Of a stretch of 32,446 nucleotides of DNA, positions 21,661 through 32,446 are shown piece by piece (position 1 is the stretch's first letter; each line of letters starts with the position of its first letter). Below the pieces are notes generated by a model, which was not told the origin of the DNA, did no database searches, and saw only the letters and a program-made list of their open reading frames with translations. The position numbers were made by a program, and so were the translations under genes. This DNA comes from Octopus bimaculoides (taxonomy: Eukaryota). The stretch covers positions 104,824,116 through 104,856,561 of the forward strand of contig NC_068981.1 of the NCBI RefSeq assembly GCF_001194135.2, in the 5' to 3' direction.

Positions 21661-23031
21661 TGTATACAACTCTATCGACAATCACAAAGAAAATAGAGAT
21701 AGCTACAGAAGAAGCATTTGAAGAATTTCTGAAGGAAACTAAACACCTGACAACATTCTATACAAGAGGCAGAAAATACCGCACAGTGGAGGTGAGGTTT
21801 GCCATTGAACAGGACACAATAAATCACTCCACTGTGATGCTGAAGACGGCGGAAAAATCGGTACTCCTACCTACCTACTACGGCAAAAGGGTCGCCAGAG
21901 TGAGAATAGGTAGAGTACCACCAGAAATCAAAGAAGCGTGGCTGTTGGCAGCCGTAATGCACAAAACTGAGGAAGACGCCAAAATTCTAAAATTGACAAA
22001 GACAAAGAAAGTAAATTGTAGGGATACGCATTAGAAATGGTCATCCAGGTCGGACAATAAAATCTAAATCGAATTGCTGAAGAAATAATACAAGAAGAAA
22101 TAATAAATCGCTGAAGAGGTGATTCTACCGGAGGACATAAGGTTGAGAGTGGTGGTGGAAGGAAGACCACCAACCTGCTCTCAATGCGGAGAGAATGGTC
22201 ACATGAGAATAAAGTGCCTCCAGGGATACAGTAAAAATGAGGAAATCCAAGAGGGGTAGAGTGCCGAAGTGGCGGCCCTAGCAAGCGAGAAATGTACGGA
22301 GAAAGCGTAGGAAGCATTTACGGAGGTGAACAGGAGTTAAAGAAGAGAATCTGTGAACTCACCTCCGAAGAGTCCAAAAAAGAAAAAAAGTGAAATGGAC
22401 ATTGTAGAGCTTATGCGGTACACATCTCCACCAGCATCACCAACAAAAGGAAACAAAAAGGAAACCTACCCAGACAACCCAAGTTCACCGCAGAAACAAA
22501 CAGTTAAAAAGCCCAGGAAAAATAAATGGTATATGGTAACATATACAAAAGTACGGTGATAGAAAGGAAAATTACCAAATTCAAATTGGTAATTAGAGTA
22601 AGATTACCAGCGGTGCTTTACAAAGAAAATACAAAAGGCATAGTAATAGACCGAGAGATGTATGGAAAATTAAAAGGATGGTTTGGAACCAACATAGACC
22701 CATTGGGAGTGGAGATAGAGTTCGACGACCTACCGTCTGTTGTGGATTATGTAGATTTGAAGCCATACATGAACTCGTAAAGCGCGAGTAAACTTTTAAA
22801 ATTTTGTTAAAATAGACTACACATACGATCTAAAAGGTAAAAAAGAGAGGAAAAAAAGAGAAAAATGATATAAAAACTTTTTATTGAAACAGTTAAATGG
22901 CACTGCTTGAGAGTGGGGTTCAAACAGCCTCGTTAATTATTATTCATCTCATTAATTCGTTTTGTTTCTAATCCCATTGTGGGGTTCAGTCTCTCTCTCT
23001 CTGTATTATGGCCTATGTGCCAAATAAAGAA
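21661..23031 (+). mobile_element. Gag-like ORF1-only retroelement, copy C (5'-truncated)
   Basis: GRKYRTVEVRF..LLPTYYGKRVARVRIGRVPPEIKEAWLLAAVM, an intact CCHC knuckle C-SQ-C-GENG-H-MRIK-C (about 22177-22218), a Ser/Pro/Lys-rich linker, C-terminal piece 22526-22780, and a 3' UTR ending AAATAAAGAA at 23022-23031. Confidence 0.75.
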
Positions 23032-23175
23032 ATACTGTCAGCGAGGTACGCTGTTCAGGTCAGTCACGCAGACGACGAAATACGTCGTCATAATACGGGA
23101 TATCACATACATACATACATACATACGTACATACATACATACATACATACATACGTACATACATACATACATACA

Positions 23176-23206
<31 letters not shown>

Positions 23207-23399
23207 GCAGAACAGTGAACATATGAAAGACTTTTCTTAAAATTCAGAACTGTTATTACTCTCTATATGACAATGATGTAATTGTGCTGCTTAATTAGAA
23301 ACCAGCTCATTCTTTACAAAAAGAAACTGTCTATTTGCATGTATGTGTGTGTGTGTGTGTGTGTTCAGAATATTTTAATCACATATTATTTATTTACAG

Positions 23400-23445
23400 G
23401 ATGGCGATTCTATTATCATTGGAGCTCCAACGCACGGTTCACGAG
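23400..23445 (+). CDS. Integrin alpha short exon (GAP of blade 3)
   Basis: tatttatttACAG|GAT...CGAG|GTGAAG, 46 bp, phase 0 to 1. Reads DGDSIIIGAPTHGSR(E); reading past the donor hits TAA. Confidence 0.85.
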
Positions 23446-23601
23446 GTGAAGCAACTTTTTTCAGCTCTTAAAATTACTTCAAGAAATTTCCATTTTTTAT
23501 TGTTAATGTTGTTGTTATTTAGTCCCAGGTCAATCTTGATCGAACAAACATGTATACATTCAGCCACACAGAAAAAAACGACTCAATAATGCATCTACAC
23601 A

Positions 23602-23640
<39 letters not shown>

Positions 23641-23641
<1 letters not shown>

Positions 23642-24034
23642 TCTTTTATTCTTTACTTGTTTCAGTCATTTGACTGCGGCCATGCTTAGGCACCGCCTTG
23701 ATGGAGGTCAGTCAAACAAATCGACCATAGGGCTTATTGTTTAAAGTCTAGTACTCTATCGGTCTTTTTGGCCGAACCGATATGTTACGGGGACAGAAGC
23801 ACACCAACACCGGCTGTCAAGTGGTGGTGGGGACAAACACAGACACAAAGAAACATACACATATATATATACATATATGACGTGCTTCTTTCAGTTTTCG
23901 TCCACCAAATCCACTCACAAGGCTTTGGTTGTCCTTGGGTTATGATAAATGACACTTGCCCAAGGTGTCACGCAATGCGACTGAATCCGGAACCATGGTG
24001 TGATTAAGAAGTAGCTCCTTGCTACACAGCCACG

Positions 24035-24037
<3 letters not shown>
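23641..24037 (-). mobile_element. tRNA-derived SINE, family B, long form
   Basis: ttctttcagtttt..ccaaatccactcacaaggctttggt..gacacttgcccaaggtg..gaaccatg..cacagccacgcct, plus an extra 3' module at 23641-23850. Confidence 0.8.
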
Positions 24038-24067
<30 letters not shown>

Positions 24068-24436
24068 NNNNNNNNNNNNNNNNNNNNNNNNNNNNNNNNN
24101 NNNNNNNNNNNNNNNNNNNNNNNNNNNNNNNNNNNNNNNNNNNNNNNNNNNNNNNNNNNNNNNNNNNNNNNNNNNNNNNNNNNNNNNNNNNNNNNNNNNN
24201 NNNNNNNNNNNNNNNNNNNNNNNNNNNNNNNNNNNNNNNNNNNNNNNNNNNNNNNNNNNNNNNNNNNNNNNNNNNNNNNNNNNNNNNNNNNNNNNNNNNN
24301 NNNNNNNNNNNNNNNNNNNNNNNNNNNNNNNNNNNNNNNNNNNNNNNNNNNNNNNNNNNNNNNNNNNNNNNNNNNNNNNNNNNNNNNNNNNNNNNNNNNN
24401 NNNNNNNNNNNNNNNNNNNNNNNNNNNNNNNNNNNN

Positions 24437-24470
<34 letters not shown>

Positions 24471-24870
24471 CTGAATCTCTCATTGACTCTAGTTTCATGC
24501 TACAGTAGTCCTTAGGAGAAAACTACTGTTACTCGGCGTTTCTTTTCTGTTATATAAATCAGCGTTTATACCTCTTGTTTCTATTGGTTAATTTCAAGTG
24601 TTGTTTTTTTTTTGTTGATTTTATGAAGGAATTTTCTATGCCTGTTTATTTCAATGGTCGCTTTCTCTTTGTGTTTTGAAGCTGCTTATTTTGTCTCCAT
24701 TCTCATTCATGCATACATACATACATACATGCACGCATGCATACATATAAGCGTGCACACATGCATGCATACATACATGCGCACATACATACATGCATTC
24801 ATACATACATGCGTACATACATATACATACATATATATGCGTATATGTATATCTGTAGCTACTTATTAAC

Positions 24871-24919
<49 letters not shown>

Positions 24920-25651
24920 NNNNNNNNNNNNNNNNNNNNNNNNNNNNNNNNNNNNNNNNNNNNNNNNNNNNNNNNNNNNNNNNNNNNNNNNNNNNNNNNN
25001 NNNNNNNNNNNNNNNNNNNNNNNNNNNNNNNNNNNNNNNNNNNNNNNNNNNNNNNNNNNNNNNNNNNNNNNNNNNNNNNNNNNNNNNNNNNNNNNNNNNN
25101 NNNNNNNNNNNNNNNNNNNNNNNNNNNNNNNNNNNNNNNNNNNNNNNNNNNNNNNNNNNNNNNNNNNNNNNNNNNNNNNNNNNNNNNNNNNNNNNNNNNN
25201 NNNNNNNNNNNNNNNNNNNNNNNNNNNNNNNNNNNNNNNNNNNNNNNNNNNNNNNNNNNNNNNNNNNNNNNNNNNNNNNNNNNNNNNNNNNNNNNNNNNN
25301 NNNNNNNNNNNNNNNNNNNNNNNNNNNNNNNNNNNNNNNNNNNNNNNNNNNNNNNNNNNNNNNNNNNNNNNNNNNNNNNNNNNNNNNNNNNNNNNNNNNN
25401 NNNNNNNNNNNNNNNNNNNNNNNNNNNNNNNNNNNNNNNNNNNNNNNNNNNNNNNNNNNNNNNNNNNNNNNNNNNNNNNNNNNNNNNNNNNNNNNNNNNN
25501 NNNNNNNNNNNNNNNNNNNNNNNNNNNNNNNNNNNNNNNNNNNNNNNNNNNNNNNNNNNNNNNNNNNNNNNNNNNNNNNNNNNNNNNNNNNNNNNNNNNN
25601 NNNNNNNNNNNNNNNNNNNNNNNNNNNNNNNNNNNNNNNNNNNNNNNNNNN

Positions 25652-25684
<33 letters not shown>

Positions 25685-25700
25685 TACACACACACACACA
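24037..25700. repeat. (TA)n arrays flanking both assembly gaps
   Basis: (TA)n abuts each end of gaps 24068-24436 and 24920-25651, as expected when contigs break at long microsatellites. Confidence 0.9.
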
Positions 25701-25735
25701 TGCATATATGTATATATATTCAACTCTTCTTTCAG

Positions 25736-25819
25736 AGCGTGGCGGTTACATCTTCAAAAGTTCGCAACAGCCTGCCAGTCAACCAGAGGACTCTATACCT
25801 CTTAATCAAACATATGCAG
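25736..25819 (+). CDS. Integrin alpha internal exon (end of blade 3)
   Basis: tcttctttCAG|AG...GCAG|GTAAAT, 84 bp, phase 1-1. Reads (E)RGGYIFKSSQQPASQPEDSIPLNQTYA(G); with the next exon it gives NQTYAGYAV, equivalent to the 'xSYLGYSV' motif. Confidence 0.75.
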
Positions 25820-26910
25820 GTAAATTTCCATTTAATATTGACCTATATAACGTGTAGATGTTAAAAAAGTATTCACTTGTATGACTTTAATCCCTTTCAG
25901 TGGGTACATTACTCGCTGACTGATTAAATTCTTTTGGTTACTGCAATAAAACACTTTTTGTTCTGAGTAAAATGCGAAAGATTTACCCGCACGAGATGAA
26001 CGAGGGAGTATTTACGTGTTCGCACTCCTTAGATTTACCATGAAACTCTCCTTTAGATTCCATTCATCCGTCTTAAAATTGATGCCTAAAGTAGATTTTG
26101 TGGTATAAATTTTTCCTAAATAAATGATGGGATGGTCATGACTGGAACATAGTGTCTCATAAGTTTACTTAAGCTTATATAATATGGGTCTAGGCAAAAG
26201 CAATGACTATGAGCGAGACTTTATTAAATCACCCAAACCGCTAGGAATATCCGTAAATCCACACTCAAACAACACTTTTATAAAACGGAAATGGCTCATT
26301 GGGTAAAGTATTCATCTGTACACTACTCCTGAACAAAAGTGGAATGGCTTTCTCTTAAATAAATATCATCGATGGTCCAAGAGTCAAACAATGACAACAG
26401 CTTAATGTCACTAATGTACTGGTGTGTTCTTTTCCTGGTAAATTTATTTTGTTCCCAAGATATACCAAGTTCAGAGAATTGCGAATAAATTATATACAGG
26501 GAAGCACATAGTTGGTCTTTTCTTCTGTCCATCCTCTTTTTCCGTTCTCTTTTGCAACCTCCTATCGCTTCCCATTAAGTCCGGCATTAGTAATTAATGC
26601 TTTCTCACTTTTGTATAAGACCCATTATTCTTTGAACAGGTGTATATCCAACAGTATAAAGATGGCTTCTATTGCATGTCATGACACGTTTTGAAAGCAC
26701 AAAATAATTATTTTAAGATAAATACTACCTTAATGGTAGTTATCAGGCCTGTACTAACCACCGTTTCTAGTCCACCCTCTCTAGAACGTATCCCCTCTTT
26801 GCCATGCGGTCGCTTTTCAAGATAAACGTCAAAAGCACCGACCCCACTTATCTAGGAAAGCTTGCAAAAACTACTGGTGTAACCTCTTCCTCCAGAGAAA
26901 GGGATTAGAA

Positions 26911-27073
26911 TTTCATTCAATAAGTGTATTTTGTCCAGTGAATACGTTTCATTCATAGGTGTATTTTCTCCAGTAAGAGTATTTCATTCCTTAAGTATAT
27001 GTGGTCCACTAAGTAAACTTCATTCGTAAGTGTATTTCACTCGCAAATATCTTTCGTCTGATAAATGTATTTC
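26911..27073. repeat. Degenerate minisatellite, about 17-18 bp unit, about 9 copies
   Basis: tttcattcaataagtgta / ttttgtccagtgaatacg / tttcattcataggtgta / ttttctccagtaagagta / tttcattccttaagtata / tgtggtccactaagtaaa / cttcattcgtaagtgta ... Confidence 0.65.
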
Positions 27074-28158
27074 TTTCTCTGTGCAGCTACTATCGTTCAA
27101 TAATTCAATTTATTTATTTATTTGTTTTACTGTCAGTTCATTTACTTTATTATCCTTCTTCTCTATCGATCTATCTTGTAAGTTACAAGATCTGCTTTTT
27201 TGTCTTGCTTTATGAAAAGCTACTTTTCATACACACTATCACAGTTGATAAACCTACACATTGACTTTTGCAACTTCGTTTATTCACCTTAGTATCAAAT
27301 CTATTTTGAACTATTCTTTAGTGATAAAGTCATCGTTTCTCTTTCTCTTTTATTGTTTTGAGCCGTTGTTTTCTTTTATTTTTTCTTCTTTTTTTTAAAT
27401 GGTATAGTCAGAAATGGAAGGGTAGTGTTTAGAGCTTTATTCAGTATCTTCCAGACTGGTTAGAGGAAGAGACGAAATCATCTCCAGACACGAGAACCGA
27501 TTCGAATGCTTACAAAGTGAATATTTTCCTATGGCCAAGTGATGGTGTTAAATAAATCGGATTAAGTCTACCACTAGCCTCATTCTGCAATTAATTTTGG
27601 TGCTATCTAGCCTCAGATCAATCTGTTGTTGCTGAACAGTCTCCATGAATAATGGTATGTGGTGAAATGACGTTTTCTTGTTATGAGTTTGTTGTCGTCG
27701 AAACACCGCAGTTGGGTAGAGATTTGAGCTTTATTGAACTATGCTAGCCATGGTATGTACAAACTGATCGGTAATCAACTAAATCACTTTCAAGTCCTTT
27801 ATTGGTACTTTGCTTTATTGAGCACAGAAAGATGTAAAGGCAAGGTTGATTGCAGCGGGATTTGAACTCAGAGCATCAAGCATATAACTAAATGCTGCAA
27901 AGATTTCTGTTCGACACTCTTATGATCCAGCCATCCACTACCCACTTTATATTTATAATTTTAATTTTTGATTTCAAATTCCACGGAGATCAACTGAGAA
28001 CATCATTTCGAGAGTCGATAGAAAGTGTTACAGCCAAGAACTGAGAGCAAACTTAATCGCCCCAACTCTTTCCAAATTTCAAGGTTTTACATACCGAAGT
28101 TAGAAATTACAATTAGAAATAATTAGTGATTAAAACGCCTTAAATTTATTTTCAACAG

Positions 28159-28226
28159 GTTATGCTGTTAATATGGTCGGCAGTAAAATAATTTTGGGAA
28201 TACCCAGGTATCAGGACTATGGAGCA
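28159..28226 (+). CDS. Integrin alpha internal exon (FG-GAP blade 4)
   Basis: ttattttcaaCAG|GT...GCA|GTAAGT, 68 bp, phase 1 to 0. Reads (G)YAVNMVGSKIILGIPRYQDYGA, an FG-GAP repeat. Confidence 0.85.
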
Positions 28227-29037
28227 GTAAGTACAGTCATTTTATATTTCTTTCCTTTGAGCTTCAACAACATACCTCATTTAAGAAAGATATGATACAG
28301 TGATTAATGTAACAGAAAAACAACTCTTAAGTCATAGGCATCATATCTTGCTAGAGACATTTCGTTGGGCTTCTGAGCAGAAGTCTCAATTGTTCAGGTA
28401 ATAGACTATGTATTGTATTGAAAGGATTTCGTCCCTGTCTACTTTAAGGCTCTGTAATTCTTGGTTGTTGAAATAGTCTCAACACTTTCGCATCAAGCGA
28501 TACAAACTTGTATCCTGATATAACATATTATGCAGAAGACCGTGAATTCAGTAATGATTTAGAGAGTTTACTAAGTGGAACTTGTGATATGCCAAGAATC
28601 AGGTTCGTGGGAAGAGCGTTGATTGAAATCAAGATAGCTCCAGCAAACGAGGAAAGGGAGAAATATAAGAATAACAGCAAGAAGTGCAAAAACAAAATAT
28701 TGGATATACCTGCGTTTCTATGGATTAAGAAATTGGTCATGCAGGAAATAAATTTGAATCTGTTTAAAGACGTGTAAAGAAACCCTCTTGTTTTACTGAA
28801 ATAGTCTTTGGTATTATAGAATATAAGATGTTCTGAGAAAGTTCTCTGAAGATTTTGTTTCCAAGACAAGAAGTACAGAAATTGCATTATTCATAATGGA
28901 AATATACTCTACGGTATATCGTATGCAGTAGTATCACAGTCGCTGTGATGTGTAATTGAATACATTGGATTAATATAGACAAATGTCCTTTTTCTAGTCT
29001 CTTTGTAGGCAAAAAAAAATACAGGTAGACTGCACTA

Positions 29038-29087
<50 letters not shown>

Positions 29088-29124
29088 TATTTTAGATTCT
29101 CCTCAGAGACCATACTCTCGCCTT

Positions 29125-30300
29125 TGTATGTATGTATGTATGTATGTAAGTATGTACGTACTGATGTATGCATGTACGTACGTATGTTTGTATATATGTA
29201 TGTACGTGTATGTATGTATGTATATATGCATGTATGTATATATGCATGTATGTATGTATGTATGTTTTTAATAATTTAGATCCTTCCTCTAAAGAAAGAG
29301 TTGGTTTCTGACTAAGATACAAGGCTGCGTTTCTGACATGTAGATAACAAAACAATGTCATTTTTAAACTTGAGAAAAGTCTTGAATATTTTTACTGATG
29401 CACTTAAAGTCTGTATTTGTAATGTGCAAGCTAGTTGCTTGATCTCTTTTTCTGAAATCCAAATTTATTCAAAGTATCAGTTAGCCATTTACTCACAAGA
29501 CCAAGTACTCCAATTATTAGTGGTATGAATGTAAATTTGTAATCTGGATATGAAAGCTGGAGGTTTCGAAGCAGTTGTCCTTAGTTGTTCTCTTTCTCTT
29601 TTATTTTCAATGAGATATTCACATCAGCCTCACAGCTGACCTCCAAAACGGTACGTACTTTTTCTTATCTGTCCTACACAACAAAATCCGCTCTGTTATG
29701 GTTACACTTGACAGATGTTTCGACGGGAATGTTCCACCAGTATTCCTTGTGTTGATGTTTGCGTATGTATTCAATAACAGGAACATTCTCTGTATTTATT
29801 CTAGGACGGTCTTTTTTCCAGATGGCATTGTATATTGTTTTTGCAACAACGTTGAGTTGCATAGGGAGGCAGTACCTTGATGACGTCATTGGGCAGCTGC
29901 TAGTTATATGTATGATGTCGTTCACAGAAATATGACAATCTACGTTTTCGGTTGCATCTTGAAACTCCAAGATATTTAGTAACAATCTCCTGTTCTTGAA
30001 CTGCAAATGCATAGCCATCGCAGTGTGATGTGATGTAGCTGTCGCGAGTCTTAAAAAGCTTCGCTTCATGTCAATTCTACTATTTTCTTCAAGTCTTCGA
30101 GAAACATACCCCTGCATGGCCTTTATTTATTTTTTTATTTATTCATTTGGTATGCTGAGGGTTTCTATACTTTCAAAATATCTTTGAATTTTGTTATCTG
30201 TGCTTATTTGCTTTTCCATGCGAGGTTGATAATATTATTACATTTTCATCGATTTCAATACCAAACTTCCCATGTCCTGATATCTTATTTGTTACAAAAA
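29125..30300 (-). mobile_element. Degenerate RLE-type LINE related to the CATA-tailed family, copy 3
   Basis: Fragments AVQEQEI.TKYL, DIIHITSSCP..SSRY, VVAKTIYNAI, KEYWWNIPVETSVKCNHNRADF and LLRNLQLSYPDYKFTFIPLIIGVLG. Degenerate (CATA)n tail at 29125-29262. The 5' limit is uncertain. Confidence 0.75.
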
Positions 30301-30881
30301 TATGGGTTTTATATTTATAATATTTTGTTACTCATTTACTTTAGTTAGCGTTGCAGTATTTTTACTGTTTTGTCAGCTTGTTTCATTAATATTCTGTGAG
30401 AAGATATCTTTCCTATTTATGGCGTCTATTTTATTAAGATACGCTATTTATTCATAATACGTTTTTATCTCAGTTATACTGTCCACATTATTATTTTCAA
30501 ATATTTCTATAAGTGCTATTTTATTTGTATTAGTTAATAGTAGGGGAATACCGTGGAAATTCTGTGGAAATTTATGAATTTTCTTATTCTTATTTGGTTG
30601 CATAAATATATATCTCTTCACAATACTGCTTCGTTGTTTTATAGATTCCGATTTTGTCATCATTTTCTTTCAATAACTGAGGTTGCTAAACGCACAATAC
30701 TCGAATACCTATCGTGACAAGCTGAACAGTATTATATGTTGCCTAGTAGTATTGATGTTTTATAATAGATGCATTTGCAAACTATACATATGTAGGTATG
30801 ACGTAATTGAAACAGATCCTATCATTATTCCATTTGCGGTCCTCCGGAAGCCACGGTTTCAACATCAGTGACCTCCCTTGA

Positions 30882-30963
30882 CGAACGTTCTAGAATGTTC
30901 TAATGACAGCGAATTTACGTCTGTTTTTAGTAAAGCCACTTATGGCATAGAACATTCTAGAAA
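30882..30963. promoter_or_regulatory. Pair of canonical heat-shock elements (inverted nGAAn arrays)
   Basis: cGAAc-gTTCt-aGAAt-gTTCt at 30882-30901 and aGAAc-aTTCt-aGAAa at 30949-30963. The motif match is exact; function is not shown. Confidence 0.5.
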
Positions 30964-31667
30964 GATTTCGTTTGCCAGTTAGTACCAGCAGTAATTCAGC
31001 CTATATATTGGATAGGCGCGCTTTGGTTTTCCTCTCTTCCCCGCCGAAATTTGATCCGACCACATCCCGGTTTGAAGAGTAGTAAAGTTTTTCCTACACG
31101 TGGCCTAAGCTAGAGAAATGTTTTCTCATAGCAACCGCCCGTGGCAAACTACTTATGTTACACGACAGGTGTACGGTTTGCGCTTACTCTACTTGCGAAC
31201 CAATTGCCGAACGAAATTCTCTCGTACATTTTTCCATCATGCTTCTTTCCACACGGAATGCGACAAGACCAATTCGTATGTAACTTTTCACATTTATATA
31301 CTGCTTCACATGGAGCATATTGCTGCTGAACTAGTATCTGCTTCTTGTTACATTAAAGTATTTGTGAAGTTTAGGGAAATCTCCCTTGTTTATTCCATCC
31401 TTTCGTAATAGAAGAATATCTTCATGTTACATAGCAGTAGTTATCACAGCTACTAAGCTGGTGGCTGTACTAGTGTGATGACTACACGACGTTAAACATA
31501 TATCAGAAACATGAGATACAGAAATCTGAGTATTATTCGTACACAGTCACGCACGCATACTTAGAGAGACAAACACATACACACATACACGTAAACTCAA
31601 ATTGCAAGGTATCTCACCTGACTAGCTTATATATTATATATTATGTGTGTGTATGTGTGTGTGTGTG

Positions 31668-31997
31668 AAGGCGCATGGCTCAGTGGTTAGAGCATCGAAC
31701 TTACGACCGTGTGGTTGTGAGTTCGAATCCAGGACCGGGCTGCGTGTTGTGTTCTTGAGCAAGACACTTTATTTCACGTTCCTCCAGTTCACTCAGCTGT
31801 AGAAATGAGTTGCAACGTCACTGGTGCCAAGCTGTATCGGTCTTTACCTTTCCCTTGGATAACATCGGTGGCGTGGAGAGGGGAGGCTGGTATGTATGGG
31901 CGACTGCTGGTCTTCCATAAACAACCTTGCCCGGACTTGTGCCTGGGAGGGTAACTTTCTAGGTGCAATCCCATGGTCATTCGTGACCGAAGGGGGT
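31668..31997 (+). mobile_element. tRNA-derived SINE, family C
   Basis: Head AAGGCGCATGGCTCAGTGGTTAGAGC...GTTCGAATCC (A and B boxes), a tRNA-unrelated body and a (TA)n tail. No 3' acceptor-stem complement. Confidence 0.85.
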
Positions 31998-32446
31998 TCT
32001 CCGGATATATATATATATATATGTATATATGTAAATAATACAAAATGGGACAATATATATATATGTATATATATATATATTTATATATATATATAATCAT
32101 AAATATACAGGGATTAGCATGAGTTGCTTCTCCAACATACTGAGAATTTAGAAATAGCAGTCAAAGAACGACTGATTCCAAACTACAAATTTTTTCTCTA
32201 ACGGATGGCGATATTTATGGCACACACAGAACAAAAAACAGAAGAGAAAAGCAAAACCAAACCTGCCTTTAGTTAATTGGATACGACGTTTCACGGTTAA
32301 GAGTATGAAGCTACTCTATTCCGATCTTCAGCCCAATATTCGAATAAATTTGAAAGTGTCTATAAAAACTCACGGGAATTTTGACCGTGCGACATCAAAA
32401 CCACGTGAGGAAGGCACTTACGAAATTTATCGGCTAGTGAGTTCAA

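Noticed and set aside
24019-25864. Long ORFs of 151-375 aa in the ORF track
   Set aside because: They consist of N-runs and (TA)n/(CATA)n repeats. The only real coding piece is the 84-bp exon at 25736-25819.
26911-27073. CRISPR-like array
   Set aside because: The units are contiguous and degenerate with no unique spacers, and the context is eukaryotic with no cas genes.
28508-28777. Next integrin exon (blade 5)
   Set aside because: No YFG or DxNxDG motif and no suitable phase-0 acceptor. The next exon probably lies beyond the window.
31670-31740. tRNA gene
   Set aside because: It has A/B boxes but no complementary acceptor stem, continues into a SINE body, and has an inverted copy at 19330-19749.

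Overview
This is AT-rich eukaryotic (metazoan) genomic DNA with four assembly gaps (6371-7288, 13889-13923, 24068-24436, 24920-25651). The tRNA-derived SINE families and (TA)n/(CATA)n microsatellites resemble those of octopus/coleoid genomes; the taxon is an inference. The host gene is a + strand integrin alpha subunit without an I-domain. I read six coding exons by eye (8011-8189, 17107-17180, 20695-20850, 23400-23445, 25736-25819, 28159-28226). All have GT-AG boundaries, and the last five join in frame. The expected second coding exon was not found, and the gene continues past the window. The recovered beta-propeller loops are unusually short and divergent. Most other sequence is transposon-derived: a near-full-length but dead R4/Dong-like RLE LINE whose (TAA)n end lies 13 nt from the first donor; three copies of a second RLE LINE family tied to (CATA)n; an RT-deleted Tx1/L1-like element; three gag-like ORF1 elements, two of which end in a shared 3' UTR with no ORF2; a hAT element with an 8-bp TSD; a mariner-type MITE; a palindromic MITE; and many SINEs. 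The best leads are the ORF1-only retroelement family and its head-to-tail pairing with a mini-ORF1+ORF2 element, a pair of perfect heat-shock elements in a CpG-rich intronic patch, and the altered integrin ligand face. Most short ORFs in the supplied track are artefacts of microsatellites, gaps or antisense reading.
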